64,000 nucleotides of DNA from assembly GCA_963790305.1 (NCBI GenBank), contig CAWBOC010000010.1, positions 320,001 to 384,000 of the forward strand, in the 5' to 3' direction. Shown piece after piece: positions 1 to 8,851 of this stretch. Position 1 is the stretch's first letter. The number at the start of each line of letters is the position of its first letter. Made by a program: the position numbers and the translations under genes. The notes under the pieces were generated by a model that did no database searches, was not told where the DNA came from, and saw only the letters and a list, made by a program, of their open reading frames with translations. The stretch is from an uncultured Gemmatimonadaceae bacterium (lineage in GTDB: Bacteria; Gemmatimonadota; Gemmatimonadetes; Gemmatimonadales; Gemmatimonadaceae).

Positions 1-56
1 GGGAACCCGCTGAAGAACGAGAAGGCACGCAGGCGATCGGCCAGGGCAGTCGGCAT
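1..56 (-). CDS. Possible 5' end of a gene running off the window (MPTALADRLRAFSFFSGF...)
   Basis: ATG at 56 on the minus strand with an open frame to the window edge. Too short to assign a family. Confidence 0.3.
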   Translation of the reverse strand, partial: MPTALADRLRAFSFFSGF

Positions 57-107
57 GGTCCGTGGAAGCTACTGGCTGCGCCCTCAAGCCTGCTAGGCAG
101 GATTCTG

Positions 108-267
108 TAGGGATCAGGGGTCAGGAGTCAGGGGTCAGGGAAGGAAAGGGGCCGCCGCGCTGCGCGCGTGCGGCCCCTCATCAGAATGAGCGCGGCAGCT
201 TCGCTGCCGCGCCGTTCCATCCCTGATCCCTGACCCCTGACTCCTGACCCCTGACTCCTGACCCCTA
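108..267. repeat. Family A palindromic element (TCAGG(A/G)G heptamer arms, multi-hairpin core), copy A1
   Basis: TAGGGATCAGGGGTCAGGAGTCAGGGGTCAGGG ... CCCTGATCCCTGACCCCTGACTCCTGACCCCTGACTCCTGACCCCTA; internal GC hairpins flank TCATCAGAATGA. Confidence 0.85.
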
Positions 268-324
268 ATTGTGGGCAGGTAGCCCTCGCCTCGCCAGCCG
301 CACAGATTCCCCACGTCCATTCTC

Positions 325-1386
325 ATGAGGCTGCCAATGTCTTCCGTGTCTCGCCGACGCTTTCTTGGCACTGGTGCCGCCGCCGCGGCCGGACTGTCGC
401 TCGGAGGCGCGCGCAGCATCGAGGCGCACCCCCTCGCGACCAGCTGGCGCGCCACGCGCCCCACCGTCATCGCCTCCGAGAATGGGCTGCGAGGAGTGGC
501 GCGCGCGTACGAGATGCTCGCGAAGGGCGCTGACCCGCTCGACGCTGCGATCGCCGGCGTCAACATCCAGGAGCTCGACCCCGAGGATCAGTCGGTGGGG
601 CTTGGAGGACTGCCGAATGCCGATGGCGTCGTTCAGCTCAATGCGTCGTGCATGCATGGTCCCACGCGACGCGCCGGCGCGGTTGCCTCGCTCGAGGGGA
701 TCGCAACGCCATCGCTCGTCGCCAAGGCGGTGATGGACTACACCGACCACATATTCCTCGTGGGTCCGGGAGCGAAGCAGTTCGCCCTGCAGATGGGGTT
801 CAAGGAGCAGAACCTTCTCACCGAGAAGTCGCGGCAGGACTGGCTGCGGTGGAAGGCGCGTCTCAACGCCGACGACAACTGGCTCGACCACGACGACGAC
901 GTCACCATCAAGTTCTCGACCGGCACGATCAACATGAACGCGGTCACCGCGAGTGGTGACATCGCGTCGGTCACCACCACCAGCGGACTTTCCTGGAAGA
1001 TTCCCGGCCGCGTCGGCGATTCGCCGATCATCGGGGCAGGGCAGTACTGCGACAACGGCGTCGGCGCCGCGGGATCGACTGGCCGCGGCGAAGCGAACAT
1101 CAAAGCCTGTGGAGCGTTTCTTACGGTAGAGGGGATGCGTCGCGGGCTCACGCCACAACAGGCCTGTCTCGCGACTCTCGAGCGGGTCGTCGCGATGACC
1201 GAGCGCCGCCTGCTCGGTGACCGCGGTCGCCCGCGATTCGACCTCGACTACTACGCGGTCGCGAAGGATGGGTCGTACGGCTCGGCATCGATCTACTCGG
1301 GAGGCCGGTTCGCTGTCGCCGACGCCAAGGGCGCCCGGCTCGAGAACTCCGCGTTCCTCTTCAAGCGGGAGGAGCGACCCCGCTGA
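325..1386 (+). CDS. N(4)-(beta-N-acetylglucosaminyl)-L-asparaginase / Ntn-hydrolase asparaginase 2 family, Tat-exported
   Basis: SRRRFL Tat motif, SVGLGGLPN, GTINM autoprocessing Thr, TTTSG, PGRVGDSPIIGAG, STGRGE. Start may be 337. Confidence 0.9.
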   Translation: MRLPMSSVSRRRFLGTGAAAAAGLSLGGARSIEAHPLATSWRATRPTVIASENGLRGVARAYEMLAKGADPLDAAIAGVNIQELDPEDQSVGLGGLPNADGVVQLNASCMHGPTRRAGAVASLEGIATPSLVAKAVMDYTDHIFLVGPGAKQFALQMGFKEQNLLTEKSRQDWLRWKARLNADDNWLDHDDDVTIKFSTGTINMNAVTASGDIASVTTTSGLSWKIPGRVGDSPIIGAGQYCDNGVGAAGSTGRGEANIKACGAFLTVEGMRRGLTPQQACLATLERVVAMTERRLLGDRGRPRFDLDYYAVAKDGSYGSASIYSGGRFAVADAKGARLENSAFLFKREERPR

Positions 1387-1399
1387 GCACGTTGCTTCA

Positions 1400-2035
1400 A
1401 TGCTGATTTTCTGGGACGTCGACACCCAGCACGATTTCATGGACGCGTCCGGCAAGCTGTACGTGCCCGACGCCGAATCCATCAAGCCGAACCTGAAGCG
1501 GCTCACGGACTACGCACACGAGCGTGGCATCCGCATTGTCGCGACGGCGGACGATCACGAGCCCGGGCATCGTGAGCTGTCAGCGAGCCCGGATTTTCAC
1601 GAGACGTTTCCGGAGCATTGCATGCGCGGGACGCCCGGCGCGAGCAAGATTCCGGAGACCGCGCTTTCCGCGCCGGTGGTGGTCGAGCCCTCGCCGACGC
1701 CACGTGAGCAGCTCACGCGTCTGCTCCGCACCCGCGATGGCGACGTCCTCATCCGGAAGCATTGGTTCGACGTCTTCACGAACCCGAATGCCGATGTCGT
1801 GATCGAGGCGCTCGCGCCGACCAATGTCATCGTGTACGGCGTAGCCCTCGACGTGTGCAACCGCTACGCGATCGAGGGTCTGCTCGCGCGCGGGATCCCG
1901 CGCATTCACGCCGTGACCGACGCGGCAAAGCCGATCCATGCCGACGTCGCCGAAGGGTTACTCGATTTATGGAGAGATCGAGGGGTCCGGCTGGTCACTA
2001 CGCATCAGGTCGTGACCGGCACCGCCGGTTGTTGA
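1400..2035 (+). CDS. Isochorismatase-family cysteine hydrolase (nicotinamidase-like)
   Basis: VDTQHDF, D-x-H, FPEHC, K, GVALDVC motifs; ATG at 1400 follows the upstream stop. Confidence 0.85.
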   Translation: MLIFWDVDTQHDFMDASGKLYVPDAESIKPNLKRLTDYAHERGIRIVATADDHEPGHRELSASPDFHETFPEHCMRGTPGASKIPETALSAPVVVEPSPTPREQLTRLLRTRDGDVLIRKHWFDVFTNPNADVVIEALAPTNVIVYGVALDVCNRYAIEGLLARGIPRIHAVTDAAKPIHADVAEGLLDLWRDRGVRLVTTHQVVTGTAGC

Positions 2036-2050
2036 GCGCTCAGCGCGGGG

Positions 2051-2722
2051 TTAGGCGCCGCGGCGGATAGCCGCGGCGAGCTGCCGCTCCAACGCGTCCA
2101 CCGAGTTCTCGACGGCTTCGTGCGGTGCGAGCTCGTACCACCACTCCTCACCGGCATGGTTCACGAAGGCGCGATAGCCGTTGTCGCCGGCTGAACGCGC
2201 ACGTCGCTCACCGGCGCGACGGTCGTATACCTGCCACTCTCGCCCCTCGCGATCGCGGAAGATGAGGGTGCCGTCGGGCGTGCAATGCGCGGTCGGCTGA
2301 CGCCGGTCGCGCCCCGACCGGGTCACGCTGGTGACGGACGCCTCTCGGACCGCCCGCACCAGGGTTTCGCGATCGACCGGCATGGTGAACCACGGTAGCC
2401 TCCGCTCGTTCGCAATGGCCCGAACGGCTGCCGCATTGGTTGGCGTCGCGAAGAGCACGACCGGTGTCCCCTTCAGCCGGGCGTGAAAGACGTCCGAGGA
2501 CGCCTCCTCGAAGGCGCCGTCGAGCACGAGGACGAGGAAAGGCCGTAACCGACGGATCGCTTCTTCAGGCGGTTCGTCCGCGAGCGCGAACGCCGGCTCA
2601 TACTTGTCCAGCTCGAGCAGCATGCCCACGAGGGCCGCTACAAGGGGCTCGCGAGCGAGGATCAGAATCTTCGAGAGTGGGGTCGGGATAGTCGTGCCTC
2701 CGTTTGGCGGCCGCACCGTCAC
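2051..2722 (-). CDS. Hypothetical protein with a degenerate receiver-like N-terminal domain and a small C-terminal domain
   Basis: KILILARE..LVGMLLE..Y..PEEAIRRLRP.LVLVLD resembles a REC fold; C-terminal FRDREGREWQVYDRR. Confidence 0.55.
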   Translation of the reverse strand: MTVRPPNGGTTIPTPLSKILILAREPLVAALVGMLLELDKYEPAFALADEPPEEAIRRLRPFLVLVLDGAFEEASSDVFHARLKGTPVVLFATPTNAAAVRAIANERRLPWFTMPVDRETLVRAVREASVTSVTRSGRDRRQPTAHCTPDGTLIFRDREGREWQVYDRRAGERRARSAGDNGYRAFVNHAGEEWWYELAPHEAVENSVDALERQLAAAIRRGA

Positions 2723-2848
2723 GGAGGCTGGTGCAACGGGTGCACCGCTGCCCCTTTGACTCGTCAGGAAAACGAATGTATCATGTCCCGCCGCGCCTTC
2801 ACGCCAATGTGAGGCACCCGCGGTCCTGCCCGCGCTTCCCCCGCCTCA

Positions 2849-3154
2849 ATGAATGCGCCCAACCCTCTGATGCCCGAGTCCCGTCCGTTGAGTGAGGCCA
2901 CGCTCGAACAGCTGCGGACGGCGCTCAACGACCGCCGTCAGTCTCCGGCGATCGGGGACGAGCCCCTCCAGGCAGCCCTGCGGGTCGTTGCGTGCGAGGC
3001 ACGCGAGCGCGCCCTCCGTCCAGAGGAGCTGATCGTCGCCCTGAAGCAGCTGATGGACGAGCCGCGCACCGTCCGGTCCACCTCGAGCGAGGATCGGCAG
3101 CTGCGCGAGTGGGTCGTCACGACGTGCATTCGGGTGTACTTCGAGGGGTCGTAG
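2849..3154 (+). CDS. Hypothetical helical protein (101 aa)
   Basis: ORF with coding-like composition ending WVVTTCIRVYF; convergent with the MCP gene. Confidence 0.6.
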   Translation: MNAPNPLMPESRPLSEATLEQLRTALNDRRQSPAIGDEPLQAALRVVACEARERALRPEELIVALKQLMDEPRTVRSTSSEDRQLREWVVTTCIRVYFEGS

Positions 3155-3166
3155 GCACCTCGACAC

Positions 3167-5373
3167 CTATGCCTCAACCGCCTCAGCCTCTTCAGCCGCA
3201 GGCTCGCTGACCACAGGAACCGCTGCCGGCAGAATGTCCGCCAGCGACGTCACCGCCCGGTCCGTCCGGAACGTGGAAACCAGGCGTGACAGCTGCTCGG
3301 AGGCGGTGGCCAGCATCGAGGCCGCAGCGGCGATCTCCTGCGTGCTCGCGCTCTGCTCCTGGCTCAATGCCGCGACCTGCTCCATCGCCGAGGCAAAGGC
3401 ATCGGTGCCCCGCGCGATCGCATCCAGCCGCGTCGTCATCTCCGCCACCAGCGTGTTCGATTCCGCGGCGGACTGCTCGATCATCCCCACCCACGTCTCC
3501 GCGTCCACGACCGCCGTCTCGATCTGATGAAAGGATGTGACAGCGTGCTGCGTCGCGGCCTGTACCGCGGTCGCCGTCTGCATCGTGCGCTGGCTGGTGG
3601 CCCGCGACTCATCCACGCGCGTCAGCACGTCGTTGACGATCGCTTCCGTCCGCTCCGAGGCATCGGTTGACGTTGCCGCCAGCTTGCGAATCTCACTCGC
3701 GACCACCGCGAAGCCCTCGCCATGCTCACCTGCACGCGCTGCCTCCATGGAAGCATTGAGCGCGAGCAGCTTCGATTGTTTGGCCAGCCGCCGAACGAGA
3801 GTCACGAAGGCCCGAATCTCCTCGCTCGCCCGCACGAGTGCATCGGACGCAGCCGCACCAGCCTGCGCGTCGGCAACGAGTGCCGTCAGCGCCGTGGAGC
3901 CTTCGTCGAGCCGCTGCCGGTTCGCCGACGCAAGCTCCCGAAGGCGGACGTTGCGGTCGACGCCATCACGCGCGCCGGTCGCGAGCCGCGTCGAGATCTC
4001 CACCAGCCGCGCGGCATCGGCGGCGATGCGCTGCGTCGTCTGCGCCATCTCGGTGGATTGATGGCTGAGATCGTTCGACGTCTGCGCCATCTCCGACGCC
4101 GACGCGGACATCTGCTCCGATCCCGCCGTGATCTGCGCGGCCATCGCCGCCGTCTCCTGCGCCGCGGCGCGAATCGCTGACACGAGTCGCCGGAGCTCAT
4201 CGACCATCGTGTCCACCGCGCGGCTCAATCGGCCAACCTCATCGGTCTCCGCCAATGCATACACCGTCACGCTCAAATCGCCCGAATGCGACCTGCTCAG
4301 CGGCATTCGCGAGCGCCGAGGCTGGCTCGCTCACCCGCCGCGCGACGAACGCGTTGAGGAAGAGCATCGCCGCGACAATGAACACGAACAGGAGGAGGCT
4401 GAAGACGATGATCACGAATTGAATGCGATGCAGCCGCGCGAAGGCGAGCGCCTCGGACTGGTGTGCGACGATCCTCCACTGCCCCCCATTCGTCACTCGC
4501 ACCGCCGCCCGCTCGCGCTCTGCCGCCGAGCGAAGCGTCACGACGCCTGTGGCGTGTGTTGCCGGTAGACCCTGGATGCCTTCGAGCGGACGCATGCGTG
4601 CCGCACTGCTCGACGCGGCGATGACAAGGCCCTCTTCGTCGAGCAGCTCGATGCGCATCTCCGACTCGCCAGCCAGGCGCGTGAGCTCCTGGTCGATGCC
4701 GCGCAGCCCGAAGACGACCTTCAGCACACCTAACGCTGGTCCGTCCGCGCCTTCCCGAACGACGCCGGTCATCGAGAATGGACACGACGCGCGCCGAGGA
4801 GTCGTAGGCGGCATCGGAGGCGATGGCGCCATCGTGCATGGCGCGCTGCCACCACTCCTCATCGGATTGGACGAAGTCCGAGGTCCGACCGGTCGTGACG
4901 GCGTTGATGCCATGGACATCGGTGAGGATGATCTCGGCAATGTCGCCCGTGCTGCGAAGTTGGCGCAGATACGCGCGAAGCCGCGGGTCAATGTCGAGGC
5001 TTCGGCGCTCGTCGTATCGCGCTTCGAGCTCGACGAGCCCCTGGCCACCCAATCCTTCGCGACGCCAGCGCTCGCTTGCGGCGCGCGCCGCATCGACGAC
5101 CGACGGAGACGAGGCCAGCACGGTGACCAGACGCTCGTGGTCGCCGAGGTAGCGCTCGACGCGCACGCCGGCGAGCGTCGCGGCGTCGCTGAGTCGCCTG
5201 TCCACTCGCACACGCTCGTCGCGCCCCAGCCATTGAGAGACAGGCCACGCGACCATCGCCAGCGCCACGAGCGCAACCGCACCGATGCCGAGGACCAGGC
5301 GGGTGTGGAAGGTCCGCTTGGCCTCGACGTCGATCAGGTCCGGATCCAGAGGAACGGTATGGGTGCGGCTCAT
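3167..5373 (-). CDS. Methyl-accepting chemotaxis protein (TM-Cache-TM-HAMP-MCP signal), split by two +1 frameshifts
   Basis: Pieces in ORFs 4297..5412, 4239..5282 and 3167..4306. LLALNASMEAARAGEHGEGFAVVASEIRKLA signature and HAMP DEVGRL. Frame switches near 4776 and 4285. Confidence 0.85.
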
Positions 5374-5494
5374 CGCTCGCTTGTCTGCGCGGTCCCTGCT
5401 GCTAAATTGCAATTAGGCAAGCGCTTAAGCGCTCGACATCGGCAGTGCACCCCGGGAGCGGCGACACGGCCACGCGCCATCCGCCCGCCCTCAC

Positions 5495-7960
5495 ATGACT
5501 CTCACGACATCCAGACCGTTGGCCGAGGAATCGGCGAATTACGACCCCGCCGCCATCGAGGAGAAGTGGCAGGCTCGCTGGCAGGCCCAGGGAACGAACC
5601 GCGCCGACCTCGATGCGGGCGAACGGCCCTACTACGTCCTGATGATGTTCCCGTACCCCTCTGCGGAGGGGCTGCACGTCGGCAACCTCTTCGCGTTCAC
5701 GGGGAACGACATCTTTGGACGATTCCAGCGCCTCCAAGGGCACACGGTGTTCGAGCCGATTGGCTTCGACGCCTTCGGCATCCACTCCGAGAATTACGCC
5801 CTGAAGGTCAATGTCCATCCGCGAGAGCTGATTCCCCAGAACATCGAGAATTTCCGGCGGCAGCTGCGTCGCGCGGGACTCATGCTGGATTGGGACCACG
5901 AGCTCTCGACGACCGACCCTCGGTACTACAAGTGGACGCAGTGGATTTTTCTCCAGCTGCTGAACCGCGGCCTCGCGTACAAGCAGAAGGCGGCGGTCAA
6001 CTGGTGCCCCTTCGACAAGACGGTGCTCGCCAACGAGCAGGTGATCAACGGCGCGTGCGAGCGCTGCGGGACGGCCGTCGAGCAGCGGTTCCTCGAGCAA
6101 TGGTTTTTCCGCATCACCGATTACGCCTCGCGGCTCCTCGACAACCTGGACTGGGTCGATTGGTCGGACTCGACGAAGAATGCGCAGCGGAACTGGATCG
6201 GGCGGTCGGAGGGCGCGGAGATCGTCTTTGAGGCCGAACGAGGACCGAGGAGCGCGGAGGCGGGCATTGCGGTCTTTACCACGCGCGCCGATACCATTTT
6301 TGGCGCGACCTATCTCGTGCTCGCCCCGGAGCATCCGCTGGTCGATTCGCTGACGACGGAGGCACGCCGCGCGGACGTCGCCGCCTACGTGGAGCGGACG
6401 AACCGGCAGGACCTAACGACTCGCAAGAGCGCGGAATCCCGCGAGAAGACCGGCGTCTTCACCGGCGCCTTCGCCCGCAATCCGGCCACTGGTGAGGCGA
6501 TGCCGATCTGGATCGCCGACTACGTGCTCATGGAGTACGGGACGGGCGCGATCATGGCCGTGCCCGGACACGACGAGCGGGATTTCGAGTTTGCGACGAA
6601 GTACGGTTTGCCGATCGTGCGCGTGGTGGCCGAATCCCCGCGCGAGGCGGACGCTCCGCTCGTCGCGCCGTATACCGATAACGAGCGCGGCGTGATCGTG
6701 CATTCGGCGCAATTCGATGGCGTGACGGTGCCGGAAGCCAAGCGGCGCATCGTCGCGTGGCTCGAGGCCGCGGGCGTCGCGAAGCCGGTGGTGAACTACC
6801 GGCTGCACGACTGGTGCATCTCCCGGCAGCGGTATTGGGGGCCGCCAATCCCCATCATCTATTGCGATGACTGTGGAATGCAGGGCGTCCCCGAGAAGGA
6901 CCTGCCGGTAGAGCTTCCGTACGTGAAGGACTTTCGTCCTGACGATACCGGGATCTCACCACTCGCGCGTCACGAAGAGTGGTACCGCGTCCCGTGTCCC
7001 GAATGTGGGAAGATGGGGCGCCGCGAGACCGACGTCTCGGACACGTTCCTCGACAGCGCGTGGTACTTCCTGCGCTACCCGAGCACCGAGCTCGAGGACC
7101 GGCCATTCGATCCCGCGCGCACACGGCAATGGCTGCCGGTCACGTCGTACATTGGCGGAAACGAGCATGCCGTGCTCCACCTGCTGTACTCGCGCTTCAT
7201 CACAATGGTGCTTCAGGAGCTTGGCCACCTCGACTTCGAGGAGCCGTTCAAGCGGTTCCGCGCGCACGGCATGATCGTGCGCGACGGCGCGAAGATGTCG
7301 AAGAGCCGCGGCAACGTCGTCGTGCCTGACGAGTACATTCGCGAGTGGGGCGCGGACGCCTTTCGCACCTACCTCATGTTCCTCGGCCCCTTCGAGGAGG
7401 GAGGCGATTTCCGTGACCGCGGCATCTCCGGCGTCCGCCGCTTCCTCGACCGCTTATGGGCCACGGTCCTCGAGCGGCGTGAGGATGGCGCCCCCGAGCC
7501 GCAGGTGCTGCGGAAGCTGCATCAGACCATCAGGAAGGTGAGCGACGACGTCCCGCGGCTTGGGTACAACACGGCCATCGCGGCGATGATGGAGTACATG
7601 AACGTGCTCCGAGCCGGTGAGCGACGGGCGCACCGCGCGGAAGTCGAAGCGCTGGTGCAGCTCGTGTCACCCTTCGCGCCGCACATCGCCGAAGAGCTAT
7701 GGGAACGTCTCGGGCACACGCGCGGCGTGTTCGAATCCGGCTGGCCGAGCTACGATCAGGCGCTCGCCGCGGAAGAAACGATCGAGCTCGTCGTTCAGGT
7801 GAACGGGAAGGTGCGTGGGCGCTTGAACGTCCCGCCGGAGATCACGAAGGAGGAGGCGCTGGCGGCGGCTCTGGCTGACCCGTCCATCCGGCGATTCGTG
7901 ACCGGCACGCCCACGAAGGTCATCTTCGTCCCCGGGCGGCTGCTCAATATCGTGGTCTAG
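5495..7960 (+). CDS. leuS: Leucine--tRNA ligase
   Basis: MFPYPSAEGLHVGN (HIGH-like), editing-domain FTTRADT and GTGAIMAVPGHDERD, DWCISRQRYWG, KMSKS, VVQVNGKVR. Confidence 0.98.
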   Translation: MTLTTSRPLAEESANYDPAAIEEKWQARWQAQGTNRADLDAGERPYYVLMMFPYPSAEGLHVGNLFAFTGNDIFGRFQRLQGHTVFEPIGFDAFGIHSENYALKVNVHPRELIPQNIENFRRQLRRAGLMLDWDHELSTTDPRYYKWTQWIFLQLLNRGLAYKQKAAVNWCPFDKTVLANEQVINGACERCGTAVEQRFLEQWFFRITDYASRLLDNLDWVDWSDSTKNAQRNWIGRSEGAEIVFEAERGPRSAEAGIAVFTTRADTIFGATYLVLAPEHPLVDSLTTEARRADVAAYVERTNRQDLTTRKSAESREKTGVFTGAFARNPATGEAMPIWIADYVLMEYGTGAIMAVPGHDERDFEFATKYGLPIVRVVAESPREADAPLVAPYTDNERGVIVHSAQFDGVTVPEAKRRIVAWLEAAGVAKPVVNYRLHDWCISRQRYWGPPIPIIYCDDCGMQGVPEKDLPVELPYVKDFRPDDTGISPLARHEEWYRVPCPECGKMGRRETDVSDTFLDSAWYFLRYPSTELEDRPFDPARTRQWLPVTSYIGGNEHAVLHLLYSRFITMVLQELGHLDFEEPFKRFRAHGMIVRDGAKMSKSRGNVVVPDEYIREWGADAFRTYLMFLGPFEEGGDFRDRGISGVRRFLDRLWATVLERREDGAPEPQVLRKLHQTIRKVSDDVPRLGYNTAIAAMMEYMNVLRAGERRAHRAEVEALVQLVSPFAPHIAEELWERLGHTRGVFESGWPSYDQALAAEETIELVVQVNGKVRGRLNVPPEITKEEALAAALADPSIRRFVTGTPTKVIFVPGRLLNIVV

Positions 7961-7980
7961 GCAGCGTTAGGCTGGCGCCG

Positions 7981-8037
7981 CCGAGCCCGTGCCGGATCGC
8001 TGGGGAGGCGTTGGATCTACGCCGGCACGGGCTTCGG
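7981..8037. terminator. GC-rich stem-loop between convergent genes downstream of leuS
   Basis: CCGAGCCCGTGCCGG ... CCGGCACGGGCTTCGG inverted repeat; no U-tract. Confidence 0.4.
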
Positions 8038-8203
8038 GGCGTGCCGCACTGGTGCAGAGCCGGTGCCGCCCCGTCGCATCACGTTAACTGCTGACGCTGT
8101 AACGCTTTACCAATCCAGCCCTGGTTGTGAGGCCTGTCGCGGATGCGCGGCACTTGTCGACATTCGGCATCAGCGCCCCGCATGGGCCGCGGCCCTCGGT
8201 TGT

Positions 8204-8774
8204 TTACTCCTCGGCGAGAACGACCAGCGTTCCGCTCACCTCGGTGAACAGCGCCATTCACGTCGAGGAAGTCCGCGCCCGCAATGTCGATGACCGCACA
8301 GGGAGCCCCGCCGGCCGCACACGTTCGCGAATACGTCGCGCCGGATATGTCGGTCGCGAGATCAATGTACAGATATCCGTGCTCGAAGACGACCTTGATG
8401 ACCCCGTCGCCGGTGGCGCTGCCGCCGCCATGAAACGTCACGCGCGGATCAGAGAACGTGAGAACGTTGTCGGTGGATGTCGACAGACGAAGCCACCCAT
8501 TCACGCCTCCACCACCAACGAAGTATCGCCCGTCGAGCGAGAACTCCAGTGGTCCGGTGACCGCGGGCGGCTCGTCCGCGAAAGCGAGGTCGCTCGTCGC
8601 AAGGAGTGTCGGCGTGCCGAAGATTCCGAGCACTTCGGCGTCCTCTGGGGGCGGGGGGGGATCGCCGAGCCTGGCGAGAGCAACGCCCGGATTCGTCGAC
8701 GGCTCAAGACCTAGCGGGGTCTCGCAGGCAAGGAGGGCCAAGGAGACGAGCGCGAGTGCGGAAAGGCGGAGCAT
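8204..8774 (-). CDS. Hypothetical lipoprotein, probably with a frameshift near the 3' end
   Basis: MLRLSALALVSLALLAC lipobox. A shift near 8250 gives the natural ending LFTEVSGTLVVLAEE* at 8204; as written the ORF runs to 8079. Confidence 0.6.
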
Positions 8775-8851
8775 GGGTAGTCCTTGTGCAAGGTGTGAGA
8801 AGGCGTCGAGGCGGAAGCATGGGCAATGCGACGGGTAGCGCAGCGCGGGCG

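Noticed and set aside
4423..6231. Long alternative-frame and antisense ORFs (for example 4423..6231, 19373..21004, 45240..46688, 265..1506)
   Set aside because: Shadow ORFs typical of high-GC DNA; they overlap well-supported genes and carry no motifs.
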